DNA from: Mobula hypostoma
Taxonomy: Eukaryota
DNA length: 64,000 bases
Direction: 5' to 3'
Assembly (NCBI RefSeq): GCF_963921235.1
Contig: NC_086097.1
Span: forward strand, 242,670,001 to 242,734,000
Under the pieces are notes generated by a model, which saw only the letters and a list, made by a program, of their open reading frames with translations, did no database searches and was not told where the DNA came from. A program made the translations under genes and the position numbers. Shown one piece after another: positions 39,290 through 52,300 of the stretch (positions are counted from its first letter, which is position 1; each line of letters starts with the position of its first letter).

Positions 39290-40830
39290 TTGAGGGAAAT
39301 TACAGGGAAGATACTAGCATAGCTAGAAGAGTGGCTGACAGGCAGGAGGCAAAGTGTGGGAATAAAGAAGGTCTTTTCCGGTTGGCTGCAGGTACTTGTG
39401 GTGTTCTGCAGGGGTCAGTGCTGGGACCGCTACTTTTTATGTTATATGTCAATGACTTAGATGACAGAATTGATGGCTTTGTGGCAAAGTTCTATTTATT
39501 TATTTGTTTGTTTATTTATTTACTTATTGAGAATCAGTGCAGAAAGGCCCTTCTGACCTTTTGAGCCACATCACCCACCAATTTAGCTCTAGCCTAATCA
39601 TGGGACAATTTACAATGACCAATTAACCTTCTGACTCATACGTCTCTGGACTGTGGGAGGAAACCCATGTGATCACAGTGAGAACATACAAACTCCTTTC
39701 GGAAAGAGGCAGGAATTGAAACTGGGTCTCTAGTATTGTAAAACGTTGTGCTAACCACTACACTACCGTGCAGTTGATACAAAGATAGCTGGAGGGGCAA
39801 GTAGTATTGAGGAAGCAGGGAGTCTGCAGAAGGACTTAGATAGATGGGGGAATGGGCAAAGAGGTAACAGGTGGGATATGGTGATAGAATTGTATGGTCA
39901 TATACTTCAGTAGTAGCAATAAAGGTATAGACTATTTTCTAAATTGGGAGAAAATTCAAAAATCAGAGGTGCAAAGGGACTAGGGAGGCCCAAAAGGTTA
40001 ATTTGCAGGCTGGGTTGATGGTAAGGAAGGTAAATGAAATGTTAGCATTCATTTTGAGAGGACTGGTCTATAAAATGCTGAGGTTTTATCAGGCATTGGA
40101 TCGAACACACTTGGAGTATTGTGAGCAGTTTTGTGCCCCTTATCTAAGAAAAGATGTGCTGGCATTGAAGAGGGTCCAACGAGACTGATTCTGAGAATGA
40201 AACGGCTAACGTACGAGAAACGTTTGATGGTTCTGACCCTGAATTCTCTGAAGTTTTTAATTTTGGGGGTGGGGGGAAGTCTCATTGAAATCTAATGAGT
40301 ATTGTAAAGCCTAGACAGAGTGGATAGGGAGAGGATGCTTCCTATATGGGGAGAGTCGATGACCAGAGGGTACAGCTTCAGAAGAAGAGGATGACCCTTT
40401 GGAAAGGAGAAGAGGAGGAAGCAACACTCACAACACGCTGGAGGAACTCAGCAGGTTGGGCAGAATCCGTGGAAAAGATCGTTCGACGTTTCAGGCCAGA
40501 ACCCTTCGTCAGGACTGTAGAGGGAAGGGCCAGAGGCCCTATAAAGAAGGTGGGGGGAGGGTGGGAAGAGGAGGAATTTCGTTAGCCAGAAGGTGATGAA
40601 TCTGTGGAATTAATTGCCACAAACAGCTGTGGCGGCCAAATTATTGGGTATATTTAAAGCAGAGGTTGACAGGTTCTTGATTAGTAAGGGCATCAAATGT
40701 TATGGAGAGAAAGCAGGAGAATGGGGTTGAGAAGGATAATAAATCAGCTATGATGGAATGGTGGAGCAGACCCAATGGGCCGAATGGCCTAATTCTGGTC
40801 CTATGTTTTATGGTCTGATCATCTTATGGA
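39290..40830 (+). mobile_element. Degenerate CR1 with nested V-SINE and Penelope-end insertions
   Basis: GVLQGSVLGPLLF and HLEYC motifs, CR1 3'UTR at ~40740-40830; inserts at ~39545-39770 and ~40420-40570. Confidence 0.8.
40481..40516 (-). ncRNA. Minimal hammerhead motif (core intact, stem I weakened)
   Basis: Minus strand AGTC-CTGACGA-AGG(gttctgg)CCT-GAAA-CGTC^GAAC, within a Penelope-end fragment (~40420-40570) inserted in a CR1. Confidence 0.6.
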
Positions 40831-43800
40831 ATGGCCACAGGGGTTCTCTGCTCTGTCTGTCTATTTCCTTTCTCTCTCCCAACAGTCTTCTGCCTCCTAC
40901 ATCTTCATAGGTCTATCTTCCTACAGCTCTAATCCATTTCCTCCTCATTCTTCTGTATGAGGCATAACTCCAGCAGCTCCAGTTCTGTAACATGGCCTGT
41001 AAGGAGCTGCAACTGGATGCACTTCATGCAGATGGAGTTATCAGGGAGACTGGAAATCTCTCCAACCTCCCACATCAGACATAACAACACATGACTGACC
41101 CTGGACCTCGTCCCCTTTTTCTTGCTGCGGCAAATATTTGTTTAACATTTAATTACACTTCTACAGTGCTTACTGACTTTTATTCCGTCCAAACTACCTG
41201 TATCATAGACAGCAGCTATATTTCATCAGGTGTTCACTGAGATTTGGTGTGTCACCAAAGACTAGCAAACTTCTTCGTGGAGAACATTCCAACTGGTTAC
41301 GTCACTGTCTGGAGGATCGCTGTAAACTCAACCAGCACTAACCTCCCCACCATCGAGGACATCTTCAAAAGGCAACAGCCCTCGTGAAGGAATCTCATAA
41401 TCCAGGACGTACCCTCTTTGCATTACCACCATCAGAGAGGAGGTACAGGAATGTGAAGACACACACTCAATGTTTTAGGAACAACTTCCTTCCTCCACCA
41501 GCAGATTTCTGAACATTGCCTCTCTTTTTGCACTGTTTATATTTTTATACTTCTTATTGGAAACTATAGTCATATATTTTTTACATATTTTCATTGTACT
41601 GCTGCTGTGAAACAACAAATTTCATGATGACATCATCATTATCATATAATTGGATACTGTGTTGTATGACATGGATGACCACGGTCTTATCCATGACCAT
41701 GATTGTTCTTGACAAATTTTTATACAGAAGGAGGGCAGAATCTTTACAAGATGGGTGACCCCAGCCATTGTCAATGCTCTTCAAAGATTGTCTCCCTGGT
41801 GTCAGTGGCCACATAACCAGGACTTGTGACATGCACCAGCTACTCATAGGACCAGTCATCACCTGCTCCCAAGGCTTCACGTGAACCTGATCAGGGGGAC
41901 TAAGCAGGTGCTACACCTTGTCCAAGGGTGATCTGCAGGCCAGTGGAGGGAAGGAGTGCCTTACACCTCCTTTGGTAGAGACTTATCTCCATCCTGCCAC
42001 CCATTTCATGATGTTGGTTAGTGATAATAAACCTGATTTCGACCCTGGAGCTTTAGTCCATCTCTTCAATGCACTTGAATAAGTTTTAACTCCTTCTGGA
42101 CGGTAGCCACTTAAGAAAGTCACACTTAACTGACCACATTTTCTAACGAAAACTCAGAGGAACACAAAATCTGAAAGAGGAATTTGTGGCTAAGACTACG
42201 CAGGCACTCAAGAGCATGAATCATCTAACCATCAACCAGGAGATATGACTTTCAGATTGCTAGACGTGTGGAATTATCTGCTGTGCCTCTAGCCAATGAC
42301 CTTTGTCTGTCATTTTTGCTGGCCCCTTTTTACACAAGGAATTTCCCAGCCTTTGTGGTGGGAGATTTGACCAAAGAATCCATTGGAGTTTTTTGGCGCA
42401 CCCGTGACTCTAAGCTTGAAGCAGCTTGAAAACTAATAGGAAAAGAAAACAGGCGTTTCCTAAATTTTCATAACGTTATCACTTCCCAGAGCAAAGTGAA
42501 ACTTACTTTCAGGCAAGCTCTAACCTGCAGATGAAATTTCACTCTTCTAAAGCAATTCACCTCTAAAGGACCTCAGTGTGTACCTCTTGAAAGGGAGAAG
42601 ATGAATAATGCAGAAAGATATGTTGGCTGTTTCACTTCAGAGTCCGGGGATGTTTTGTTAATAGCTGCTTTGCTTCAAATTGATGAATACTGACAAGGAG
42701 GATCCCATAACCATTTAGGTGGTTTAATTGGAGAGAAAATTCAATGGGATAATTTGCTGCATCTACTCAGGAGATCCAGTGAGGTGGAAGATCTGTTCTG
42801 GGACCAGCACATAACTGTCATCACAAAGAAGGGATAACAGTTCATCTACCTCTGTAGAAGTCTGTGAAGATTCAATATGTCCACCTAAAACTTTGACAGA
42901 CTTCTATAGATGCAGAGTGAAGAGTTTTCCACCTGGCTACATCGCGGCCTGGTATGCCCAGGAAGTGAAAAGTCTACAGAAAGTGTTGGATGCAGCCCAG
43001 TCTATCAAAGCACATCCCCATCACTGAGCACATTTACATGGAGCGTTGCCACAAGAAAACAGCATGTATCATTAAGGACCCCCACGAGCATCCAGCTCGT
43101 GCTCTCTTCCCTCTACCATCATTGGGCAGGTGGTATAGGAGCCTGAAGTCCCACACCACCAGGTTCAGGAGCAGTTATTACCCTACAGCCATCAGGCTCC
43201 TGGACCAGTACGAATAGTTTCACTCACCACCATTCCAAACTGAATCCACAACCTGCAGGCTCACTTTCAAGGATTCTAGAACTCGTGCTCTCAGTATTAC
43301 TTATTTTTTAAAAATTCGCACATTTTGTCTTCCTTTGCAGATTGCTTGTTTATGTATAGATTTTCATAAACTTTGCTTTGTTTCTTCATTTTCTTGTAAA
43401 CGCCTGCAAGAAAATGAATCTCAAGGTAGTATATGGAGACACGTATGTATTTTGATAAAAAAAATTTACTTTGACTTTGAATTTGACTTTGGCTGAGTGA
43501 TAACCCAACATAAGATGTCTGGGATGATATTTTGCATGGCATGGAAGCAGCTGCAGTCTGAGAAGCCTATTATTTATTGACATGACAGTAATGAATATAA
43601 AAGTGCTACTTAAAACCAGACATGACTTTGCTATATTTATTCAGCCGAGATGATTTCTGTCTGATTACTGCTCTTGGATATATGCAGCTGATATGCTGAT
43701 GTTTTTGGATGAAGTGATGACAGGGTGGCTGCCAACGTTTGCATCTGACCTTTCTGTCCCCACCGCTCACAAAGCCCTTCACAACACTCATCTCACACAC

Positions 43801-43967
43801 AGCAAGGAAAGATTGCAAAAGTCTGCTGTATGGTCTAAGTTCTATGCTGAAGTTATCAAATGTAATTTTATTGGTGGAAAGGACGTGTTCCCTCTCTCCT
43901 AGCAGTGACACTCAGTCGCATTTATGTTCTGACTCTAAGATTAATGATGCAGGAATATCCCTTAGGG

Positions 43968-44046
43968 CTGGAGGTCCCAACCTGGAGTTCACGGATTCAA
44001 TGGTTAATGCTAGGGGTCCATGGCATAAAAAAGTTGGGAATCCCTG
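43968..44046. mobile_element. hAT-Charlie MITE, same family (further copies at 59-138 and 1454-1519)
   Basis: GGTCCATGGCATAAAAAAGTTGGGAATCCCTG end; TSD CCTTAGGG/CCTTAGAG. Confidence 0.8.
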
Positions 44047-44274
44047 CCTTAGAGGTTTTAAAGCTGTACATTTCAATCAAAAAATTTCCCTTGAAAGGTT
44101 AAACTGATTAATGTTATCAATGAAACAAATTCAAAGTAAGTTTATTATCAAAGTACATATATGTCACCATATATAGCCCTGAGATTCATTTTCTTCTGGG
44201 AATACTCAATAAATCCATAATAGAGTCATATAAATAACAGAATTAATGAAAGACTGCACCAACTTGGGCATTCA

Positions 44275-44650
44275 ACCAACACTTACAACATGCTGGAGGA
44301 ACTCAGCAGGTCGGGCAGCGTCCATGGAAACGATGAGTCGACGTTTCGGGCCGGAACCCTTCATCAGGACTGAAGAGGGAAGGGGCAGAGGCCCTATAAA
44401 GAAGGTGGGGGAAGTTTGGAAGGAGAAGGCTGGTAGGTTCAGTTGAAAAACCAGTAATTTGAAAGACAAAGGGGTGGGGGAGGGGAAGCAGGGAGGTGAT
44501 AGGCCAGAAAACAATGGGTAGTAGAACGAGGTGGAACCATGAGGGAGGTGATAGGCAGCTGCGGGAGGGGGAGGGAATTACCGGAAGTTGGAGAATTCTA
44601 TGTTCATACAAAGGGGCTGGAGACTACCTAGATGGTATATGAGGTGTTGC
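44275..44650 (-). mobile_element. Penelope 3' end with hammerhead
   Basis: HLIYHLGSLQPLCMNIEFSNFR C-terminus followed by the tail module. Confidence 0.8.
44336..44371 (-). ncRNA. Minimal type-I hammerhead ribozyme motif (intact core)
   Basis: Minus strand AGTC-CTGATGA-A-GGG(ttccgg)CCC-GAAA-CGTC^GACT. Confidence 0.75.
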
Positions 44651-45204
44651 AAAGGACAACAATGGTACAAATACAAGAAGAAAGAAATAATAATAATAGT
44701 AAATAAATAAAATTGAGAACATGAGATGAAAAGTCCTTGAAAGTGGGTCCATAGGTTGTGGGAACATTTCAATGATGGGGCAAGTGAAGTTATCCCCTTT
44801 GATTCAAGAGTCTGATGGTTGAGGGGTAATTATTCCTGAACCTGGTGGTGTGAGTCTTGAGGCTCCTGTACCTTCTTCCTGATGGCAACGTGAAGAGAGC
44901 ATGTTCTGGGTGGTGGAGGTCCCCGATGATGGATGCTGCTTTCGTGCAACAACGCTTCGTGTAGCTATGCTGAATGGTGGGGAAGGCTTTACCCGTGATG
45001 GACTGGGCCGTATCCATTACTTTTTGTGGGATTTTCCATTCAAGGCCTGCTGTTAAAAATTTAGCTGGAGCAAAACTCCATTAAAAACATATTTGCGAGG
45101 ATATGATCACACTTGAGGAACCAGAATATGATAAAATGAAGTTATTAGATTTCACATTGTAGGGTGGTATTCTATGCATTCTTACAATATAGGCTGTTTC
45201 TAAA

Positions 45205-47600
45205 TAGTCACTGAGCACTACAGCACAGAAATATGCTCTTCGTCTAATCATCCATGTCAAACTGTTATTCCACCTAGTCCCAGCAACCCACATCTGGACC
45301 ACACCAGCTCATACTCCTTCCATCTATTTATTTATCCAAACTTCTCGCAACTATTGCAATCAAACTCAGACCCATCACTTCCATTGGCAGCTCCTTCTGC
45401 TCTTGCACCAGCCTTCGAGTGAAGAAGTTTCGCCTCATGTTCCCCTTAAACTTTTCACCTTTCACCCTTAACCCATGACCTCTAATTCTGATCTCACCCA
45501 ACCTCAGGGAAAAACCCCTACTTGTATTTACCCTCTCTAATACCCTGGCTGGTGGTGTAGTGGCATCAGCACTGGACTTCAAGGCAGATGGTCTTGAGTT
45601 CAAACCCAGCCGGGTCCCAACCTGGGCAACAGCAGTATCTGCGCAGAAGAAAGGCCTGGCAATCTACTTCCGCATCTTGACATAAAAATCCCATGGACCC
45701 TACAGTCCATGAGGTCACAAAGAGTCAGACTCAACTTAACTGTTGAATAGCAACATACCCTTCATAATTTTATATACCTCTATCAAATCTCCCCTCAATC
45801 TTCTATGTTCCAGTGAATAAAGTCCTAATCTGTTCAACCTTTCCCTGTAGCTAAGGCCCTCAAGACCCAGCAGCATCCTATTAAATCTCTGCACTTATTC
45901 AATCTTATTGACCATTCAACCATAATATTTAGGAACAGAATTAGGCCATTCAGTCCATTGTGTCTACCTCACCACTTCATTATGACTGATCCATTTTACC
46001 TCTCAATTCCAATCTCCAGCCTTCTCCCTGTAGCCTTTTATGCCTTGACTAATCAAGAACCTATCAATCTCTGCCTTAAATACACCCAACCAGCTGGTCT
46101 CCTGTAGTCTCTTTGCATCCTCAACATTACCTGCCTCTCCACCCATCTTCATATCATCCGAAAACTTGGCCACAAAGCCATCAATTCCACCATCCAAATC
46201 ATTGACAAGCAAGGCAAAAAGAAGCTTTCCCAACACCAATCCCTGTGGACACCACTAGTCACCAGTATCCAATCAGAAAAGGCTCCCTTTATTTCCACTC
46301 TTTGCAATAAGCTAATCCTCTATCTTTCCTGTAATAATATAGGTTCTTATCTTGTTAGGTAGCCTCATGTGCGGCACCTCTTCAAACACCTTCTGAAAAT
46401 CCAATTACAAAACATCCACTGATTCTCCTTTGTCTATTCCGCTTGTTATTTCCTCAAAGAATTCCAACAGGTTAGTCAGGCAAGATTTTCTCTTAGGGTA
46501 ATCATGCTGACGTTGGCCTGTTTTATCCTGTACCTCCAAATATCTTGAAACCTCATCTTTAATGATCGACTATAACATTTCTCCAACCACTGAGGTCAGA
46601 CTAACTGGGTTATAATTTCCTTCAGTTTGCCTCCCACCCTTCTTGAAGAGTGGAGTGACATTTGCAATTTTCCAGTCCTCTGGAACCATGCCAGAACTTA
46701 GTGATTCTTGAAAGATCATTACTAACATCTCCGTAGTCATTTCAGCTACCTCTTTCAGAACCCTGGGGTGTAGTCCATCTGGTCCAGGTGACTTCAGACC
46801 TTTCAGCTTCCCAAGCACTTTCTCCTTAGTAATAGCAACTGCACTCACTTCTGCCCCTGACACTCTCGAACATCTGGCATACTGTTGTGTCTTCCACAGT
46901 GATGGAATGATGTAAAATACTTATTAAGTTTGTCTTTCATTTCCTTGTCCTCCCATTACTACATCTCCAGCGTCATTTTCCAGTGGTCTGATATCTACAC
47001 CTGCCTCTCTTTATTTATTTGAATATCTTTTAGTATCCTCTTTGATATTATTGGCTAGCTTGCTTTTGTATTCCATATTCTTTATTGCTTTATTTTAGTT
47101 GCCTTCTGTTGGTCTTTGAAAGCTTTTCAAAGCTCTTGCTTCCCGTTAATTTTTGTTATATTGTATGCCCTGTCTTTTGCTTTTATGCTGTCTTTGACTT
47201 CCCTTGTCAGCCACGGTTACCTCATCCTCCCTTTAGAATGCTCCTTCATCTTTGGGGTGTATCTATCCTGTGCTTTTCGACTTGTTCCCGTAAACTCCAG
47301 CCAATTCTTTTCTGCTGTCATCCCTGTTAATGTACCCTTCCAATCAACCTTTGCTAGCTCCTCTCTCAAGATTCTGTAATTCTCTCTACTCCACTGTAAT
47401 ACTGATACATCTGACTTCCTCTCCCTCTCAAATCGCAGGGTAAGTTCTATCATATTATGATCACTGCCTCCTTAGGGCTCCTTTACCGTAAGCTCCCTAA
47501 TCAAATTCAGTTAATCAAACCACATCCAATCCACAATAGCCTTTCCCCTGTGGGCTGAATCAGAATCTGCTCTGAAAAGCCATCTCGTAGGCATTCTCAT
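45205..47600 (-). mobile_element. Cluster of degenerate CR1 fragments (at least two elements)
   Basis: KSPGPDGLHPRVLKE, PEDWKIANVTPLFKKG, FSDDMKM and GHGLRVKGEKFKG motifs with stops and deletions. Confidence 0.85.
45547..45754 (+). mobile_element. tRNA-headed SINE with Bov-A/BovB(RTE)-like 3' part
   Basis: TGGTGTAGTGG...GAGTTCAAACC head; AAAATCCCATGGAC.CTACAGTCCATGAGGTCACAAAGAGTCAGAC tail; TSD ATACCCT (45540-45546 / 45755-45761); inserted in a CR1. Confidence 0.75.
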
Positions 47601-49582
47601 GGGCTGTTATGTGTCCTAAGGGGGTGTTAGGGGATACAGAATTTGTCGAGATTCTTGGGGGGAGGGTGCTTTAAGCAGTAAGCAGCACCGTAACTTGAGG
47701 CACAAGACCAGACCAACCATGTCAACTCACTGCCATTGTCAACATTCTAGTTTGTGTTAATATTTTATTTTAATTTAGCCTCATTAATGATGGATAAATA
47801 TGTACAACGCAATCTCTGAGTCTGAAGTCAGTGAAGCCTCAAATTCTAATCCTGCTAAGAAACAGAAACTCCAGGAAGTGCGTCAATACAATGTTACATA
47901 CCTGGAGTGTGGTTTTATTCCATTCCTGTCAGGTCAGCAATTGCCCTTGTGTAAGACCATAAGAGATAGGAGCAGAATTAGGCCATTCATCCCATCAAGT
48001 CTGTTCTGCCATTCCATCATGGCTGACCCCAGATCCCACTCAATCCCATACACCTGCCTTCTCGCCATATCCTTTGATGCCCTGAACGATCAGGAAATGA
48101 TCAACTTCTTGCCTGTCAGCCATTCCGCTAACCATGCCAGTATCTTTCCTGTAATGCCATCGGATTTTATCTTGTTAAGCAACCTCATCTGTGGCACCTT
48201 ATCAAATGCCTTCTAAAAATCTATCTAATGAACTGTCTAATGAAGCCATGAAACCATCAAGGTTGCAGGAACACTTCTGTAAAAGGCACCCTGAAAAGAC
48301 TACACATGGTATTACTCAGTTCCAAAAGATGAAAGAAGTATTTGAAAATCTTTGCACATTCGAGTCATTTGTCAAGAAATCTAGAAATAACCTTGATAAT
48401 GGTCTCGTTGCTTCTTACAATATTTCCAAAAAGGAGAGTGAAGAAAATTTCACACGATTGGTATGAGATTAAATTGCTTGCTGTATTAGAAGTGCTCAAC
48501 ACTGTTCTCAGAATGGATTCCAGTATTTTAAATTCAATTGCTCTGAGTAATAACTCTGTAGCTCGTTGTATTGACAAAATGAGACATTGAGTATTAACTA
48601 TGCACAGAGCTACAAAAAACAGAATTTGGGATACAACTGGATGAGGCAAATGTGCAAGACATCAAGGCATTGCTGATGGCTTATGTATGGTTCATCAAAA
48701 ATGGAGAAGTTTATGAAGAGATTCTCTTTTATAAAAAGTTTAAAAGAAGTATCAATGGAGAATCAATCTATGATCAGCTCAAAATGTATATTGAGGATAA
48801 AAGTATCGTGATTAGGAACATGTTTTCTTTTGCAACAGATGGAGCACCATATATGACAGGTCGCAATGCAGGTTTCGTAGCATTTATGAAAAAAGAAATT
48901 CTAAGTCTGCTTGCAATCTATTGAGCAATTCATCGTCAATATCTCGCAGCCAAAAACCTCAGCCAGTGACTTTTTTCAAGCATGACTCTTGTAATATCTG
49001 CTATCAACAAAATTAAAGCTCATCCACTAAATAGCAGAATATTTCACCAGTTATGCCAGGATAAGGATGAAGAGTTTGAACACTTGCTTCTTCACACTGA
49101 AGTACGTTCTCTGTCAAAAGGCTGCTGTTCAGAACATTCTTTGACATTTTTAACATTGTGGCTCAATTTTTGTTCAAAGTCGACAAGAGCGTGGGAAACA
49201 AGAATGATCTTCTACGTGGATGATGTGGCACACCTGTATGACAAAACAAACATTCTAAATATTGAACATTGTTATGCATGGGGATTTAAGGCTTTTGCTG
49301 TCACAACTTGAGCCAAATATTTCAACTCTAGCGAAAAACCATCAAGCTCAAGGGTCACGTTGATATTGAAGTTGCCGTACAGCGCACCAGTACTGTGCAA
49401 GCTCTGTTTAAAGAAAAATTAAAATTTAAAGCAGATTCATTTTTCGCATGTTAGCATATGGTAGACATATTTTTTCACTATGGGGGTGCTGGAAAGTATA
49501 TTGTGCCTAAGATGGGGTATGGCAAGTATGAAAGTGCTTTAGGTGGGTGTTGGGCAAAAAAAAAAGCCTGGAAACATTACTT
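47600..49582 (+). mobile_element. Degenerate hAT transposon (Buster/Charlie, ZBED5/SCAND3-like) with CR1 debris inserted at ~47950-48215
   Basis: YLECGF, LSNEAMKPSRLQEH..RHP, FGIQLDE, ATDGAPYMTG and LLLHTEVR motifs across frameshifts; degenerate right TIR at ~49560-49582. Confidence 0.85.
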
Positions 49583-51400
49583 TAAATCTTCAGCAGAAGA
49601 TAATCTACAGATGCTGGAAGTCCAGAAATGTTGAGATAAGGGCTGTTTTTGTCCTTATGGAGGGTCTCAGCCTGAAAAGTTGACTCTATTGCTTTCCATA
49701 GATGCTGCCTGACCTGCTGAGTTCCTACAGCATTTTGTGTGTATACCTTTAAATCTGTCATTATTCGTAATGTCTGAGAGCAGGACGGGTGGCCTCTTAT
49801 GTGAGGTCAGTACATCAGTGCAATGTGATTTATGCCGCAGAGAAGCAAATGTAATGAATGCTCTGCTGAGGAAGGTACAGTGGCCTGCATTGTATCCAGT
49901 ACTTCAGCTGAAAGGCCATCACGTGGTGAATCCGACATTCTAGCTTCGCGCAGCAGAGACAGAAGCTGTGAGGAGTAGGTAATGAGAAGTGAATAGTGAA
50001 TAGTGAGCCTTGGGTCCCTTGCAAACAGGTTGAGGAAGAGTTATTACCTTTCAATCATCAGGTTCCTGAGCCAGAGTGGATAACATCACTCACCACAACT
50101 CTGAACTGATTCCAAAACCTATAAGCTGACTTTCAAGGATTCTACAACTCAAGTTCTCAGATTGATTAATTGATTGATTTATCTATCTGTCTGAATATCT
50201 ATCTATCTAACAATCCATGTATTTATTCATCTATCTATTTATTTGTGTTTTGCACACAAATAATAAGTAAATAATTTAATTTGCGTATTTTGTCTTCTTT
50301 TGTGCATACTTTGTTCGTCAGTTTCTGTGCGCAGTTATTCATTGATTCTATTGTTTTGCCTGCAGGAAAATGAATCTTGGGGGTTTTACGTGATGGCATA
50401 TATGTACTTTGATAATAAATTGACTTTGAACTTTGAAGTAACATTTTTTCACACCTTAGCTCCATTCACATCAAGCGTATCAATGCTCACTGAAACTAAG
50501 ATTGCATCATGAACTTGGCTTGCGAAACATTTTTTAATGGGTCCGAAAGTCATCAGAAAAGTTAAGGAAGCACTAGCATTTTGGAAGTATTTGAAGTATT
50601 TCCCTTTTTGTAGGGGAAGTGAGCCATAACAAGGTCATATTTGGTATGCGGTGTAACAATTGCCCTCATTTTCCATAGGGAGCATTCCTATCTCAGATTT
50701 CCAGCAGTTTCCCACAGGACTAATGCCAGAAAGAACCCAGCTGATATGCAGGGTCAGTGTGCTAATTCAATTCACACCAACATGTGAACTGAATGCAAAC
50801 AAAATCGATCAGAACTGACAATTACGCTATCTCCTTATAGCCACCATTTCCACTTTAGTCACCATTTCCAATTGTTTATATTTGAAGTGATGTATCTCCA
50901 CAGAAATATTGTCATATTTTCTGAAGTTTCAATGTCGTGCATAAAGAAAATTAAGCCCACACATTAGTAGGCAGTAATACATCCTGCCTTCCCTCCCAAC
51001 AAGCTGACACTGTGTGAAATTACATTAGAGCCACAGGAAAATGGACCTTTAAGGTTATGGAACTCTACTTATCTAAAGCATGTCACATGGATTATTGAAG
51101 TCAGTTTCTAACGCCGAATAAAAAAAATAAAGTCAGAATCAGAATCAGGTTTAATATCACCTGCAGATGTTGTGAAATTTGTTGTTATGTGGCAGCACTA
51201 CAATGTAATACATACAGCAATAATCAAAACTGAATTACAGTAGGTATACATGTATATTATATAGTTATATCAAATAAGAGAGAAAAAAAAGTAGTGAGGT
51301 GGTGTTCATGGGTACAAAGTTCATTCATTCATTTGTCTTTAAAATTACTGTTTTTTACAACTACCAGCATTCTTCAAATCCTCCCCAAAGTTCTTCCTTC

Positions 51401-51436
51401 AGTCCTGACGAAGGGTTTTGGCCCGAAACGTCAACT
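51401..51436 (+). ncRNA. Minimal hammerhead motif (core intact, stem I mismatch)
   Basis: AGTC-CTGACGA-A-GGG(ttttgg)CCC-GAAA-CGTC^AACT. Confidence 0.6.
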
Positions 51437-51902
51437 AATCTTTTCAACTGATGCTGACTGACCTGCTGAGTTCCTCTAGTGCATTGTGAGTGTTCCTTTG
51501 ACAACAGCATCTGCAGATTATTTTGTGTTCATTCAGAACTCTGATGGCAGCTGGGAAGAAGCTGCTCCTGAATTGTTGAGTGTGTGCCTTCAGACTCCCG
51601 TACTTCCTCCCTGATGGTAGCAATGAGAAGAGGGCAGGTCCTGAGTGATGGGGGTCCTTGATGATGGGTGTCACCCCTCGAGGCACTGCCCCTTCAAAAT
51701 GTCCTGGATGCTGGGGAGGTTAGTGTCCATGATGGAGCTGAGTGAGTCACAACTATCTGCAGCTTTTTTTCAACCCGTGCAGTAGATGGTGATGCAGCCA
51801 ATTGGAATACTTTCCATGATACATTGGTAGAAATTTGCAAGTGCCTTTGGTGACGTACCAAATCTCCTCAAATGAAATATAGCTACTGTCATGCCTTCTT
51901 TG

Positions 51903-52235
51903 TGTAACATTCACTTCGGCTAGCGGCTTAATATAGGGGCCGAACTTAAAAAGTCTTGTTTGATTGGATGCTGCGCGATGTGTCCCCTGTTACAAATCAG
52001 TACCCTGAAATAATAAACTGTACACAATATGAGATTAAACTATTAAGCTTTATAACTCTTACTTTGACTATATGGTTAGTAGCGAAACGAAATTAAAAAA
52101 AGATCCAAATCTTATTAAACAGTCTGTGCACAAAGTTGGAGCTCAGTCTCAGGCTGATCAGTCCCCATCAACCCCCTGCGACCCTTGCCCCGAGTCTACC
52201 CCGTCCGGCGGACTCTCTATTCGAGTCTTCTCTCT

Positions 52236-52289
<54 letters not shown>

Positions 52290-52300
52290 ATCTCTCTCTC
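51903..52300 (-). mobile_element. 3' LTR of the Gypsy element, truncated at a (CT)n microsatellite
   Basis: Shares blocks with the 55630 LTR (GGATGCTGC...CCCTGTTACAAATCAGTACC); (CT)n at 52239-52300 joins directly to pol sequence. Confidence 0.8.
52239..52300. repeat. (CT)n microsatellite within the LTR
   Basis: Direct reading. Confidence 0.95.

Noticed and set aside
41880..42003. Possible HDV-like ribozyme at the 5' end of the RTE-tailed element
   Set aside because: A P1-like pairing and a P4-like hairpin can be drawn, but I could not place convincing P2/P3/P1.1 or the catalytic J4/2; left as unproven structure.
47790..49311. Domesticated ZBED5/ZBED8-like host gene
   Set aside because: Multiple stops, frameshifts and a CR1 insertion indicate a transposon fossil.
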